Positions 9,371-18,978 of a DNA stretch of 64,000 nt are shown in pieces. The DNA is from Chlorobiota bacterium (GTDB lineage: Bacteria > Bacteroidota > Ignavibacteria > OLB7): the NCBI GenBank assembly GCA_028287785.1, contig JAQBOZ010000007.1, forward strand, positions 271,393 to 335,392, read 5' to 3'. Both the position numbers and the translations under genes were made by a program. The notes under the pieces were generated by a model. It was not told the DNA's origin. It did not search any database and saw only the letters and a list, made by a program, of their open reading frames with translations. Every line of letters starts with the position of its first letter. Position 1 is the stretch's first letter.

Positions 9371-10009
9371 TCAGGGGGTCGTCAGCCGCTGGTCGGAGCT
9401 ATCGGTGGGATCGATCGACGGCGCTCCCGTGCGGGCGCGATCATCCGAGCCCTCGGCCTTCGCCTCGCTTTCTCCCTCGACGCGCATCTCCTCGGCCCAG
9501 GCGCGCTTCTCCATGTTCATCGGGTTGATGCTTGCATCGGACTCCGACTTCACCTCGCCGGCGTGGATATGCCCGCGCCACTCACCCGACTCCGCACGGC
9601 GCGCTTCGATAAAGCTCTTGAACCGTTCCAGATCCCCCTCGACGCTGCGGGAGACGGAGCCCAGCATGTCACCGACGGTCTCGATAAAGCCCTCGGGCTT
9701 GTATTCGATCCGCAGATGAACCTGCGTCCTCTGCTCGTCGATCGGCGTAAAAGTGACGATGCCGGTGTTCTCGGCGCCGGAGACGCTTCGCCACGCGATC
9801 TTCTCGTCCGGCACCTGCGAGGTGATCTCCGCCTCCCACTGCTCCTCCTTGCCGCCGATCTCCGCTTTCCAGTGAAGATGCTTGTCGTCAAGCTGCTTCA
9901 CCTCCGATACGCCGTCCATGAACTGGGGGAACTCCTCGAACTGCGTCCACTGGTTATAGGCGGTGCTGACCGGCACATCCACTTCGATAGATTTTTCGAC
10001 CGTAGCCAT
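9371..10009 (-). CDS. SRPBCC (START/Bet v1-like, polyketide-cyclase fold) protein with acidic C-terminal tail
   Basis: MATVEKSIEVDVPVSTAYNQWTQFEEFPQFM... is a classic SRPBCC N-terminus; start placed at the second Met. Confidence 0.7.
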   Translation of the reverse strand: MATVEKSIEVDVPVSTAYNQWTQFEEFPQFMDGVSEVKQLDDKHLHWKAEIGGKEEQWEAEITSQVPDEKIAWRSVSGAENTGIVTFTPIDEQRTQVHLRIEYKPEGFIETVGDMLGSVSRSVEGDLERFKSFIEARRAESGEWRGHIHAGEVKSESDASINPMNMEKRAWAEEMRVEGESEAKAEGSDDRARTGAPSIDPTDSSDQRLTTP

Positions 10010-10117
10010 ATCGCTGCTCCTTGCGTAATTCATAATCAAGTATTGATCCGGCGGCGCATCCGCGTCCCCGTCATAACCGTCCGGCGCGGCATGCCGCGCC
10101 GGGTTAACCGCTCACGC

Positions 10118-10921
10118 TCAGACCGGGGTGGCCGGATCGGTCTGCATCATCCCTTCGGCCCCACCTGCCGTCCCCTGCGCCGCGCCGCTGCCGCCGGAGG
10201 CCCGCCCGCCGTTCGATGAGCTTTTCCCCTTTGCGCCGGACTTCGCAGCCGAAGCCTTCGAGGCTGAAGCCTTCGAACCGCCTGACTTCGAGTCGCTCGA
10301 TTTCCGCGCCGTGGCTTTGGACGTGGCCGGCGTGCTCGCCGACTTCGAGGCCGATGCCCTGGAAGCGGGGGGCTTGGACGATGCACCCGACCCCCCTCCC
10401 TTCGGGGCGCTCTCCGCATCATCCTCTTCCGTCATGAGCGAGCCCTTGTCATATCCCTTCGACAGCGTCTTCATCGTGGCAAGCGCTGCCTCCTCCTCCT
10501 GAAGGTTGGCGCTGAGGAGCTCCACGGCCTTGTCCATGCCAAGCACCTGGGCTATTTCGATCAGCGCCTCGTAGGCGGTTATCTCGTAACGCTCGGTCTT
10601 GGCGGCGGCGGTCAGGTTGGCGTATTCCAGGATCTCCGGCGTGGGCTTCTCCTTCTTCGTGAAATCCTTTTTCTCCTTGAGCAGTCCCTCGATCGCCGGG
10701 CACTTCTCCGCCTCGGGCGCCTCGCCGAACAGCTTGAAGACCTGCTTCAGTCGCTTGATCTGTCCCAGCGTTTCCTTCTTGTGTGCAGTGAACGCGCGTT
10801 TGATCTCCCGGCTTTTCGATTCACCGGCCAGCTCATCCAGCGCGTCAACAAGCCTGTGTTCGGCATAGTAGATATCCTTGAGATCATGCTCGAACAACTC
10901 GCTCAGCGTTTTGACGGCCAT
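10118..10921 (-). CDS. ferritin-like DUF892 (YciE/YciF-like) protein with Ser/Ala/Lys-rich low-complexity C-terminal tail
   Basis: MAVKTLSELFEHDLKDIYYAEHRLVDAL... matches the DUF892 N-terminus. The C-terminal ~90 aa is a repetitive S/A/K tract. ATG on reverse strand at 10919-10921. Confidence 0.7.
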   Translation of the reverse strand: MAVKTLSELFEHDLKDIYYAEHRLVDALDELAGESKSREIKRAFTAHKKETLGQIKRLKQVFKLFGEAPEAEKCPAIEGLLKEKKDFTKKEKPTPEILEYANLTAAAKTERYEITAYEALIEIAQVLGMDKAVELLSANLQEEEAALATMKTLSKGYDKGSLMTEEDDAESAPKGGGSGASSKPPASRASASKSASTPATSKATARKSSDSKSGGSKASASKASAAKSGAKGKSSSNGGRASGGSGAAQGTAGGAEGMMQTDPATPV

Positions 10922-11140
10922 TGCTCTATCCTTCCTTTTCGAATGATGATTTGATGATTGCCCTGCAATGGCCCGGCTGGCATGCCAGCGGCCCATTCTG
11001 TTACCGGCGTTGTGAGAGTCATGGCAGATGGGAAAACAAGTCTCATGCCAGTGAAGCCGTCTTCTGCCGTCCCCATAAACGACGGAAGCCCCGATCGTTA
11101 CGATCGGAGCTTCGATAATCACATCCGCGATGTCCCCTGA

Positions 11141-11686
11141 TTACGCGGGCATTTCCACCGAGTATCCTTTGGTCCCAAGCTGCTCTCCCATGGCCGCGTA
11201 GGCGGCGGGATCTTCCGGCGCCCAGGTTGCCAGACCATCCACATACCGGTTGTACATGCAGAACGCCGCGGCAATCAGCACCGTGTCATGGATCTCGATA
11301 TCGGTGGCCCCCTGCGCGCGGGCATCGGCGATATCCTCGGCGCTCACGCTTCGCGCGTCGCGCTGCACCTTGCCGGCGATCGCCAGCAGGGATTTCAGTT
11401 TCTCGCTGATCGCGGCGCTCCGGTAATCGCGCCGCACGGCGTTCACCAGATCATCATCACCATCAAGATGGAATGCCGCCACCGCCCCGTGGCAGCTATG
11501 GCAGAATGTGCACTCGTTGAGATAGGAGACGTAGGTGGCGATCAGCTCACGCTCAGAGCGTTCGAGCGAGTTCGGCGCAACCAGCAATACGTTCGCCAGT
11601 TCGTTCATCGGCCTGGCTGTTTCGGGACGGAAGGCCATTGGCCCCACGATGCCGGGAAGCCCTTCCGGGAGTGAAATATGAGCCAT
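11141..11686 (-). CDS. carboxymuconolactone-decarboxylase (AhpD-like) family peroxidase-related enzyme
   Basis: MAHISLPEGLPGIVGPMAFRPE... is the hallmark N-terminus of the 'peroxidase-related enzyme' CMD subfamily; CxxCHxxH motif (CTFCHSCH) present. Confidence 0.75.
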   Translation of the reverse strand: MAHISLPEGLPGIVGPMAFRPETARPMNELANVLLVAPNSLERSERELIATYVSYLNECTFCHSCHGAVAAFHLDGDDDLVNAVRRDYRSAAISEKLKSLLAIAGKVQRDARSVSAEDIADARAQGATDIEIHDTVLIAAAFCMYNRYVDGLATWAPEDPAAYAAMGEQLGTKGYSVEMPA

Positions 11687-12033
11687 GAGAAATAGTTGAT
11701 AAGTGATTCTGATGAAAAGCCCGAAAGGGCCGCCCCTGGAAAGGCCCGCACACGCGGGCCAACGCCGCATTCCGCTATCGGCTTTAACAGTTGCGCGATC
11801 GTTCAGGGTGTGGAATAATGCGAATATCAGCGGTGATTTCCAATCCGGCGACCTCCCACCAACGGGCGTAACAGCGCATTGACGGGCATTACCGTCCCAC
11901 GCGCCAATTCTTATATACGCAATTATTATGATCATCCGGGATATGGTTAACTCCGTATATTAAATGGCGACTACATCAGAGCGCTTCCCTTTTTGACAGT
12001 CTCTCACTGCCGCATCGCACCGACGTTCCCCGC

Positions 12034-15000
12034 GTGCTCGATGAGAGCATTGTTTTCTATACAGAAACAGCACGAGATCCGGATATGCAATCAGGCTATT
12101 ATCGCTTCCCGACCGTACAGGCAAATACTGTGATATTCACCAGCGAGGACGATCTGTGGTCGGTTTCCACCGATGGTGGAATCGCCCGCCGTCTGACATC
12201 GAGCCTCAGCGAGGCGGCGCGGCCGGTCCTCTCTCCCGATGGCACATGGCTGGCATTCATGGCGCGCGAGGAGGGGCATTATGAACTGTATTCCATGCTT
12301 GCGTCCGGGGGTGAAGCAAAGCGCCTCACCTTTTTCGGCACCAATACCCGCCCGGTCGGCTGGAGCCGCGATGGCTCGCAGATCCTCTTCGTCACCAACT
12401 ACGGGCAGCCGTTCAGAAATATCACCCGCGTCTATTCCGTTGCGCCGGAGGGTGGAACCATCACCGAGATCCCAGTCGGCCCGGCAACCAGCATCTCCTA
12501 CAGCCCCGTGCGCGGAACGGTTATCGGCCGCAACACGCACGACACGGCCCGCTGGAAACGCTATCGCGGCGGCACCGCGGGGGATCTCTGGATCGATACC
12601 GATGACGATGGAAATTTCCACAGGCTGATCACCCTTCAGGCGAACCTGGACGCGCCGATGTGGGTCGGGGAACGGATCTATTTCCTGAGCGATCACGAGG
12701 GATACAGCAACATCTATAGCTGCACCCCCGCCGGCGCCGATCTCCGTCGCCATACCGACCACGACAAGTACTACTGCCGCAACGCCTCAACCGATGGCAG
12801 GCGCATCGTCTATCACGCCGGCGCCGATATCTATCTCTTCGATCCCGAGCTCGATCAGTCATCCCGCATCGCGATCGAATATCACTCCCCGCGCACGCAG
12901 CGGAGCCGCAAGTTCATCCAGGGAGGCAATTATCTCCAGAGCTACGGGCTCCACCCGAAGGGGCATTCCACGGCACTTGTGGTGCGCGGCAAGCCTATCA
13001 CGCTGGGGAATTTCGCCGGCCCGGTTGTGCAGCATGGCGATCAGGACGGAACGCGCTACCGCTATGCATCCTACCTGAACGACGGCAAGCGCCTGGTGGC
13101 GCTGAGCGACCGCGGAGGCGAGGAGACGATCGTGATTCTGGGGGGTGATGGCTCGGAGGAGGAGGACCGTCTGGAGGGGCTGGAGATCGGCCGGCCCACC
13201 AACTTCGTGATCTCCCCGAAGAAGAACCAGGTGGCGTTCTCCAATCACCGGAATGAGGTGATCGTGGTCGATCTGGACACGCGCGAGCTGAAGCTGATCG
13301 ACCGGAGCAAGACGCTCCACGATTCCGGGCTCGCGTGGTCGCCGGACGGTCGCTGGCTGGCGTTCAATCACGCGGAGGTGCCGGAGACATCGTACCTGAT
13401 GATCGCGAACGTGGAGACGGGCGACAAGCATCAGATCACCGAGCCGCTCCTCTCCGATCTTGCGCCGGCGTTCGATCCGGAGGGACGCTATCTCTACTTC
13501 CTCTCCTACCGCGAGTTCGATCCGGTATACGACAATCTCCATTTCGATCTCGGCTTCCCGCGTGGAATGCGCCCCTACCTGATCACTCTCCGCAAGGATG
13601 TCCCCAACCCCTTCATGCCGAAGCCGAAGGCCCCGGCCAAGGAGATGCCGCAACTGGACACGGAGAAGAAAAGGGAGGAGAAGAAGGAGCTGGAAGTGAC
13701 GATCGATTTCGATGGGATCACCCGTCGGCTTCTCCCATTCCCGGCCAAGGACGCGAAGTACAGCCAGGTGATCGGCACGCGCAACAAGGTCTATTTCGTC
13801 AGCCTCCCGATCGAGGGAAGCCTGACCCCCGCAACCCCCGGCGAGACCTCGCCAAGCGGGAAGCTGGAGTCGTTCGATTTCGAGACGCAGAAGCTGGAGT
13901 CGTCGGTCGGCGGCGTGAGCGATCTGGATGTCTCGCGCGATGGCAACACGCTGATCTATCGTTCAGGCAAGCGGCTCCGCGTCTTCGCGGCCGGCACCAG
14001 GCCGGAGGAGAAGGAAGGGGTTGAGGACCCCGGCTCGAACAGCGGATGGATCGATCTCAACAGGGCCCGCATATCGATAGCGCCGGGGGCGGAGTGGCGG
14101 CAGATGTATCGCGAGGCATGGCGCCTTCAGCGCGATTTCTTCTGGACCGAGGGGATGCTCGGCATCAACTGGGAGCAGGTCTACTCGCTCTACCTGCCGC
14201 TGCTGGAACGGATCGGCTCGCGCTCGGAGTTCAGCGATCTTATCTGGGAGATGCACGGGGAGCTGGGCACATCCCACGCCTACGAGATGGGAGGCGATTA
14301 CCGCCAGCCGCCGACATATGCCCAGGGCTTCCTGGGAGGCGATCTCCATTACGATGAGACGGCACAGGCCTGGACGATCGGTCGAATCATCAGGGGCGAT
14401 GCATGGAGCCAGCAGTATGGCTCACCGCTGGAATCAGCCGGCGTCAATATCAGCGAGGGGGACAGGATCATCGCGATCAACGGCCGGAAGGTTTCCCGGA
14501 CCCGCTCGCCATATGAGCAGCTTGTGAACACCGCCGGCACGGAGATCTCGGTCACGTTTTCGCCGAAGGACTCGGATGAGCCGAAGGTTGCCACGTTCCG
14601 CGCGCTGCGCGATGAAACCCCCGTCCGCTATCGCGAATGGGTGGAGAACAACCGCCGCCACGTGCATGAGTCCACCAACGGCAAGGTGGGATATGTCCAC
14701 GTCCCGAACATGGGCCCGCTCGGCTACAGCGAGTTCCACCGCGGGTTCCTGAGCGAAGTGGGACACGATGCCCTTATCGTCGATGTCAGGTTCAATGGCG
14801 GCGGCCATGTTTCGCAGCTCATCCTGGAGAAGCTGGGGCAGAAGCGTATCGGCTACCGTCTCTCCCGCCATGCTCTCCCGGAGCCGTACCCTCTCTACGC
14901 CGTCGGCGGGCCCATCGTGGCGCTGACGAACGAGAACGCCGGAAGCGATGGCGATATCTTCTCGCACGGCTTCAAGCTGATGAAGCTCGGGCCGCTGATC

Positions 15001-15327
15001 GGAAAACGGACGTGGGGCGGAGTGGTCGGCATCTGGCCGCGCAACCCGCTGGTGGATGGCTCGGTGACCACGCAGCCGGAGTTTTCGACCTGGTTCGAGG
15101 ATGTGAAGTGGGGGCTGGAGAACTACGGAACCGATCCCGATATCGATGTCGATATCACGCCGCAGGATCATGTGAAGAAGTACGATTCGCAGCTCGAACG
15201 GGCGATCCGCGAAACGCTCCGGCTGATGCAGGAGAAGCCCTTCACCCTTCCGTTCTTCGACGAGCGCCCCACGATGGCGCCGGAACCGCTCCCGAAGCGG
15301 GTCACGACCAACGGCATCAGCCGGTAA
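12034..15327 (+). CDS. tricorn protease homolog (S41B peptidase with N-terminal beta-propellers)
   Basis: 1097 aa; MQSGYYRFP start motif, repeated WD/PD40-like blades, PDZ-like region and C-terminal S41 catalytic domain (GSDGDIFS..., KRTWGGVV). Exact start (12034 vs 12085) not resolved. Confidence 0.85.
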   Translation: MLDESIVFYTETARDPDMQSGYYRFPTVQANTVIFTSEDDLWSVSTDGGIARRLTSSLSEAARPVLSPDGTWLAFMAREEGHYELYSMLASGGEAKRLTFFGTNTRPVGWSRDGSQILFVTNYGQPFRNITRVYSVAPEGGTITEIPVGPATSISYSPVRGTVIGRNTHDTARWKRYRGGTAGDLWIDTDDDGNFHRLITLQANLDAPMWVGERIYFLSDHEGYSNIYSCTPAGADLRRHTDHDKYYCRNASTDGRRIVYHAGADIYLFDPELDQSSRIAIEYHSPRTQRSRKFIQGGNYLQSYGLHPKGHSTALVVRGKPITLGNFAGPVVQHGDQDGTRYRYASYLNDGKRLVALSDRGGEETIVILGGDGSEEEDRLEGLEIGRPTNFVISPKKNQVAFSNHRNEVIVVDLDTRELKLIDRSKTLHDSGLAWSPDGRWLAFNHAEVPETSYLMIANVETGDKHQITEPLLSDLAPAFDPEGRYLYFLSYREFDPVYDNLHFDLGFPRGMRPYLITLRKDVPNPFMPKPKAPAKEMPQLDTEKKREEKKELEVTIDFDGITRRLLPFPAKDAKYSQVIGTRNKVYFVSLPIEGSLTPATPGETSPSGKLESFDFETQKLESSVGGVSDLDVSRDGNTLIYRSGKRLRVFAAGTRPEEKEGVEDPGSNSGWIDLNRARISIAPGAEWRQMYREAWRLQRDFFWTEGMLGINWEQVYSLYLPLLERIGSRSEFSDLIWEMHGELGTSHAYEMGGDYRQPPTYAQGFLGGDLHYDETAQAWTIGRIIRGDAWSQQYGSPLESAGVNISEGDRIIAINGRKVSRTRSPYEQLVNTAGTEISVTFSPKDSDEPKVATFRALRDETPVRYREWVENNRRHVHESTNGKVGYVHVPNMGPLGYSEFHRGFLSEVGHDALIVDVRFNGGGHVSQLILEKLGQKRIGYRLSRHALPEPYPLYAVGGPIVALTNENAGSDGDIFSHGFKLMKLGPLIGKRTWGGVVGIWPRNPLVDGSVTTQPEFSTWFEDVKWGLENYGTDPDIDVDITPQDHVKKYDSQLERAIRETLRLMQEKPFTLPFFDERPTMAPEPLPKRVTTNGISR

Positions 15328-15359
15328 CGCTCCCGAAACCACGATGATATTCCAGACGA

Positions 15360-15386
15360 GGCGGCCCGTTGTACGGGTCGCCTCGA
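15360..15386 (+). terminator. hairpin downstream of the tricorn gene
   Basis: GGCGGCCCGT-TGT-ACGGGTCGCC stem-loop followed by a T-containing tract. Confidence 0.4.
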
Positions 15387-15605
15387 TTCGTTTGAGGGAG
15401 GGCCAGAACCCGCACCGCAACGGAGGACAAACGGCACCGATACGCTTCACCGGATAGAGGAACACGTCATGTGCAATTTTCGCTGTTCATCTCATCTTAC
15501 TGATTGGAAGATCGATGTGGTCTTCAGCCAAAACAGTGTGCCGGACAAGCTCCCGGAGCCTTGTAACGGCGCGTACAACCCATCCCTACTTTTAGGAGGC
15601 ATCTC

Positions 15606-16025
15606 ATGAAAGCCTATCTCCGCATGTTCCTTGCGGCAGTTGTCGTAGCGCTGTTCGCAATGCTCGGAAACCCGGCCAGCACAACGGCACAGCCGTGCGG
15701 CACCATCACCTACGTCAACACGACCGGGTTCAACGTCACCATCGGCCTCTGGACGGCGCCGGCAATTCTGCCCGTCGGCGTTCCTCCCGGCGGAAGAATC
15801 ATCCAGCCATTGCCCGGCCCCGTCAATGTGATGGGTGTCTTCGGCGCCAGCGGCGCGGCGTATCCCTGGGCACCGAATCCTTTTCCGCCACCGCCGTTCT
15901 GGTTGTCCAGCGTTCAGCTTGCCACGGCCCCTCCACCGAACATGTGCTACAACGTCTTCTGGGACCCCGCGACATGCACGGTGACGATCGTCGCCTTTGG
16001 GCCTGCTCCGTGCGTCAACCCGTGA
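15606..16025 (+). CDS. small secreted Pro/Cys-containing hypothetical protein
   Basis: AGGAGG 7 nt upstream, signal peptide MKAYLRMFLAAVVVALFAMLG, four Cys, Pro-rich; followed by a terminator hairpin. Confidence 0.5.
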   Translation: MKAYLRMFLAAVVVALFAMLGNPASTTAQPCGTITYVNTTGFNVTIGLWTAPAILPVGVPPGGRIIQPLPGPVNVMGVFGASGAAYPWAPNPFPPPPFWLSSVQLATAPPPNMCYNVFWDPATCTVTIVAFGPAPCVNP

Positions 16026-16056
16026 TCGGGCATGGCGTACGTGATGGATAATCGAA

Positions 16057-16100
16057 TGGCGCCGGCCCCCGGATGGGGAACCGGCGCCATTCTTGTTTCC
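16057..16100 (+). terminator. rho-independent terminator
   Basis: TGGCGCCGG-(15-nt loop)-CCGGCGCCA followed by TTCTTGTTT. Confidence 0.55.
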
Positions 16101-16140
16101 AGGATCTTCAGGACCCGCCATCCAACAGCACATCGACGAT

Positions 16141-16452
16141 TCGGTAGTGACTCAGGTTGAATCCGGCCTTCCATCTGCTGAACAATCATCGGGCGGCGAT
16201 CCCTCCTTCTCTCTTCAAGCTCCAGAGGAGCGCGCCGATTGTAGCAACGATAGTTCCATCTCCCGCTCAAGCTCCATCGGAGCGTACCATCCCCGCATCC
16301 GTGCCGAACGGTACGCTCCGATGGAGCTTGAGATCATCGAAGACGTGGCATCGCTACAACCGGTACGCCCCGATGGGGCTGGAAGGAGAGATGCGGAATG
16401 CCCTCGATGAGCCCGAACAGCATGAGCCTTGTCCCAAACTGAGTCACTACCG
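16141..16452. mobile_element. MITE-like nested-palindrome element, family A, copy 1
   Basis: 19-bp terminal inverted repeats TCGGTAGTGACTCAGGTTG / CAAACTGAGTCACTACCGA, internal perfect 23-bp inverted repeat CTCAAGCTCCATCGGAGCGTACC with 21-nt loop, nested TTGTAGCAAC/GTTGCTACAA repeats. Homologous copies at 32508-32813 and 63277-63906. Confidence 0.6.
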
Positions 16453-16591
16453 ACGGTTCCGTGCGATGACATCGATGGGGGAAGGCATCCCTCCGTCGAA
16501 GACAGTCCCGGCTTCCACGGGGAGGCGCGCGGGAAATTTCCGGAGAGCACGGTCGTGGCGCGGCCCACGGATCTGCCGGGCATATCGCATA

Positions 16592-16632
16592 AAAAAAGGC
16601 GCCGAACAGTAACGCTGTTCGGCGCCTTACGT
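16592..16632 (-). terminator. rho-independent terminator of tRNA-Val
   Basis: On the reverse strand GGCGCCGAACAG-cgttac-CTGTTCGGCGCC is followed by TTTTTTT. Confidence 0.7.
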
Positions 16633-16644
16633 GTATGCTCTACG

Positions 16645-16718
16645 TGGGGTTAGTAGGATTCGAACCTACGACCTCATCCATGTCAAGGATGCGCGCTAAC
16701 CAACTGTGCCATAACCCC
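16645..16718 (-). tRNA. tRNA-Val(GAC): tRNA-Val (anticodon GAC)
   Basis: 74-nt cloverleaf folded by hand: acceptor GGGGTTA/TAACCCC, anticodon stem CATCC/GGATG with loop TTGACAT, T-arm GTAGG-TTCGAAT-CCTAC, discriminator A, no encoded CCA. Confidence 0.85.
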
Positions 16719-17000
16719 GGTAATCCCCTCGCGTTCGAAGGGCTACAAATATAGCCAGCGGATAGAGGCCGATCCAAGATTTTTTTGCCGCGGGGATGAA
16801 TTGTAACGATGATCCGTGATCATCCCATTAAGCGAAATCCACGGAAATTTGTTCTTTCCCATACAGATGATGTAGGTTTGCAGCGTTTGGAACCTGCCAC
16901 TCGTGCTACGAGAGATCGTAATTCATGGCTCCCCTGGGAGTCGCCAGCATCCCGGCTGACCGGCCGGAGATAACATTCACATCAAAAGGAAGTCATTCCG

Positions 17001-17432
17001 ATGAAATCACGCGCTCTGTTCATGGCCGGATGCCTCTTTGCTCTCGGCATCGCATCGTGCGGCCCGAAGACCGAAACGCCTCCGCCCGCCGATACCAACG
17101 CAGTCAAGATGGACACCGGCATGGTGAAGCACGCCGATACCACGCCGGTCGCCGTCGATACCGCCAAGAAGACCGATACGATGACGCTGAAGCCGAACGA
17201 CTCGCTGAAGCACTCCGACAGCGTCAAGAAGGTCGAGACCACCGGCACGAAGAAGGAGACCAAGCCGGTCGTCAAGCCAACCGGCTCGAAGCCAGCAACC
17301 GACAACGGCACCGGCGGAACCCCGTCGGACGCCAGCAAGCCACGCCGCAGCGGCAACGGCAGTGTGATGAACACCAATCCGCCCGCCGAGAACAACGGTG
17401 GCGCGGTCGGCTCGTCGAAGCCCCGCCGATAA
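17001..17432 (+). CDS. low-complexity Thr/Lys/Pro-rich lipoprotein
   Basis: Signal peptide with lipobox LGIASC, AGGAAG RBS, followed by a large bidirectional hairpin. Confidence 0.55.
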   Translation: MKSRALFMAGCLFALGIASCGPKTETPPPADTNAVKMDTGMVKHADTTPVAVDTAKKTDTMTLKPNDSLKHSDSVKKVETTGTKKETKPVVKPTGSKPATDNGTGGTPSDASKPRRSGNGSVMNTNPPAENNGGAVGSSKPRR

Positions 17433-17458
17433 GCTCATCATTCGTGATAGCGGTAACA

Positions 17459-17524
17459 CCGCCCGTCCCTCTCAGGAGGCGACGGGCGGTTTACGTTTGA
17501 GCCGCCCGTCGCCTCCTGAGGCGG
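17459..17524. terminator. bidirectional terminator / long inverted repeat between convergent genes
   Basis: CCTCTCAGGAGGCGACGGGCGG - 12 nt - CCGCCCGTCGCCTCCTGAGG (20-bp arms, one mismatch), with an inner CCGCCCGTC/GACGGGCGG hairpin followed by TTT. Confidence 0.55.
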
Positions 17525-17561
17525 AACCCGCACGGACACCGGATTCCCTGAGGTTGAAGCA

Positions 17562-18968
17562 TCAGTCGGATGAAACGGAAAGCTCATCATCATCGATCAT
17601 GGTGGGGGGCTTTCTTCGTATCGCCCCGGCGATGCCATCCGCGATCGCAAGGAGCAGAAATCCCCCCCACTCGATCATCAGAATCTCGGTCAGCTCCCGT
17701 GGAGGGGATGACATATATGTCAGATAGGTGAAGGGCCCGGCAAGCGCCGCCCAGAGCCACGCCTTCCTGAGGTAGCCGCCGGAGATAAACGGCAGCAGGA
17801 TCAGCGGCGCGGTGAAGTACCAGATATGAACCTTCGCCCCAAGCACGATCTGCACCGTCGTGATCAGCAGCGCGCGCCACGCCAGCCCCTCCACCGTGCG
17901 GCGGCGCAGCGGCCAGAGAAGAATCCCCAGCAGCAGCGTCAGATGCGTGCCGGTACAGACATTCCCGGCAATCACGTTCGATGGCTTGATATGCCGGTAA
18001 TCGAGCCATCCCTTTATGGCGTAATAGAAGCCGCCGTTGAACTCGTAGAAGTTGGTGAACCGCCCCAGCACGGTGCTGTAGGTCCTCAGCACATCGGGAT
18101 CGAGAAGAGCGCCCAGGAGGAGCAGAGAGGAGGCCGCCAGAACCGCTCCGGCGATGACCGTGCGACGATCCAGCCAGCGGAACCAGAGCGCGAGCAACGG
18201 CAGCGGATAGAGGCGCATCCCCCCGCCGAATGCCAGAGCCCCAAGCCCGCCCCCCAACCCGCCGCAGGCATACCCATACAGCCCCCCGGCCAGCCCCAGC
18301 ACCCAGAAGGCATCGGTGTGCCCCTGCCCCGCTATCTCCACCACCGCCAGCGGATGCCATGCGTACAGAAGGATATGGCGCAATGGAATCCCCAGCTTCT
18401 CCAGCGCCGCGATCGCCAGAATAATCCCGAGCATTTCCGCGGCGATCGCCATCAGCTTGTAGGCGTAATAGCCCACCATGTACTCGCTTCCAACCAGCTC
18501 CGACACGGCCATCCCGGCGGCGAACACCAGTTGCGTGCCGGGAGGATAGATCGTGTTGGTGGTGGGATATCCCTGACGACGGAACAGCTCATCGTGAAAC
18601 CGGGAGAGCGAGCTGTCCGCCGGCACATGGAGATACGGGTTGATGCCGTGCAGCAGAAGCCGCCCGTCCCACAGATACCTGTAGGCGTCGTCGGAGAGGG
18701 AGGGGAGCATCGGGAGGGCCAGAAGGCGGAGCAGCAGGGCGATGCCGATGATGGTCCGTCGCGTGGGAACGATGCCGCGCCGGCCAAGCACCTGATGAGC
18801 GATGTAGAGAAGAAGCGTGGCGGAGGTGACAAGCGCCAGATACGAACCATGCGCGACCCGGAGATCGCCGAGGAACGGCAGAGGCGCCAGCAGCGCGGCC
18901 ACCAGAAGGCCGATGATGCGCGCCGGACGGTCGCCGGAAACCGGCGGGGATGCTGGGGTGATAGCCAT
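17562..18968 (-). CDS. DUF2029-like polytopic membrane glycosyltransferase (GT-C fold, GT87/PimE-like)
   Basis: 468 aa, >10 TM helices, conserved acidic loop after the first TM (SLSDDAYRYLWDG); family assignment from recall. Confidence 0.6.
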   Translation of the reverse strand: MAITPASPPVSGDRPARIIGLLVAALLAPLPFLGDLRVAHGSYLALVTSATLLLYIAHQVLGRRGIVPTRRTIIGIALLLRLLALPMLPSLSDDAYRYLWDGRLLLHGINPYLHVPADSSLSRFHDELFRRQGYPTTNTIYPPGTQLVFAAGMAVSELVGSEYMVGYYAYKLMAIAAEMLGIILAIAALEKLGIPLRHILLYAWHPLAVVEIAGQGHTDAFWVLGLAGGLYGYACGGLGGGLGALAFGGGMRLYPLPLLALWFRWLDRRTVIAGAVLAASSLLLLGALLDPDVLRTYSTVLGRFTNFYEFNGGFYYAIKGWLDYRHIKPSNVIAGNVCTGTHLTLLLGILLWPLRRRTVEGLAWRALLITTVQIVLGAKVHIWYFTAPLILLPFISGGYLRKAWLWAALAGPFTYLTYMSSPPRELTEILMIEWGGFLLLAIADGIAGAIRRKPPTMIDDDELSVSSD

Positions 18969-18978
18969 CGATCGCCGG

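Noticed and set aside
12034-15327. Tricorn protease homologue as a notable finding
   Set aside because: It is striking in size, but tricorn homologues are widespread in bacteria. There is nothing unusual in its architecture here.
16157-16612. 151-aa ORF (and its near-twin 63275..63574, 99 aa) with similar protein sequences MNP(A/V)FHLLNNHRAAIPPSLFKL...
   Set aside because: Their similarity exists only because both lie inside copies of the family-A MITE-like repeat. Frames differ between copies, there is no RBS, and the 'protein' follows the palindrome symmetry. They are repeat artefacts, not a gene family.
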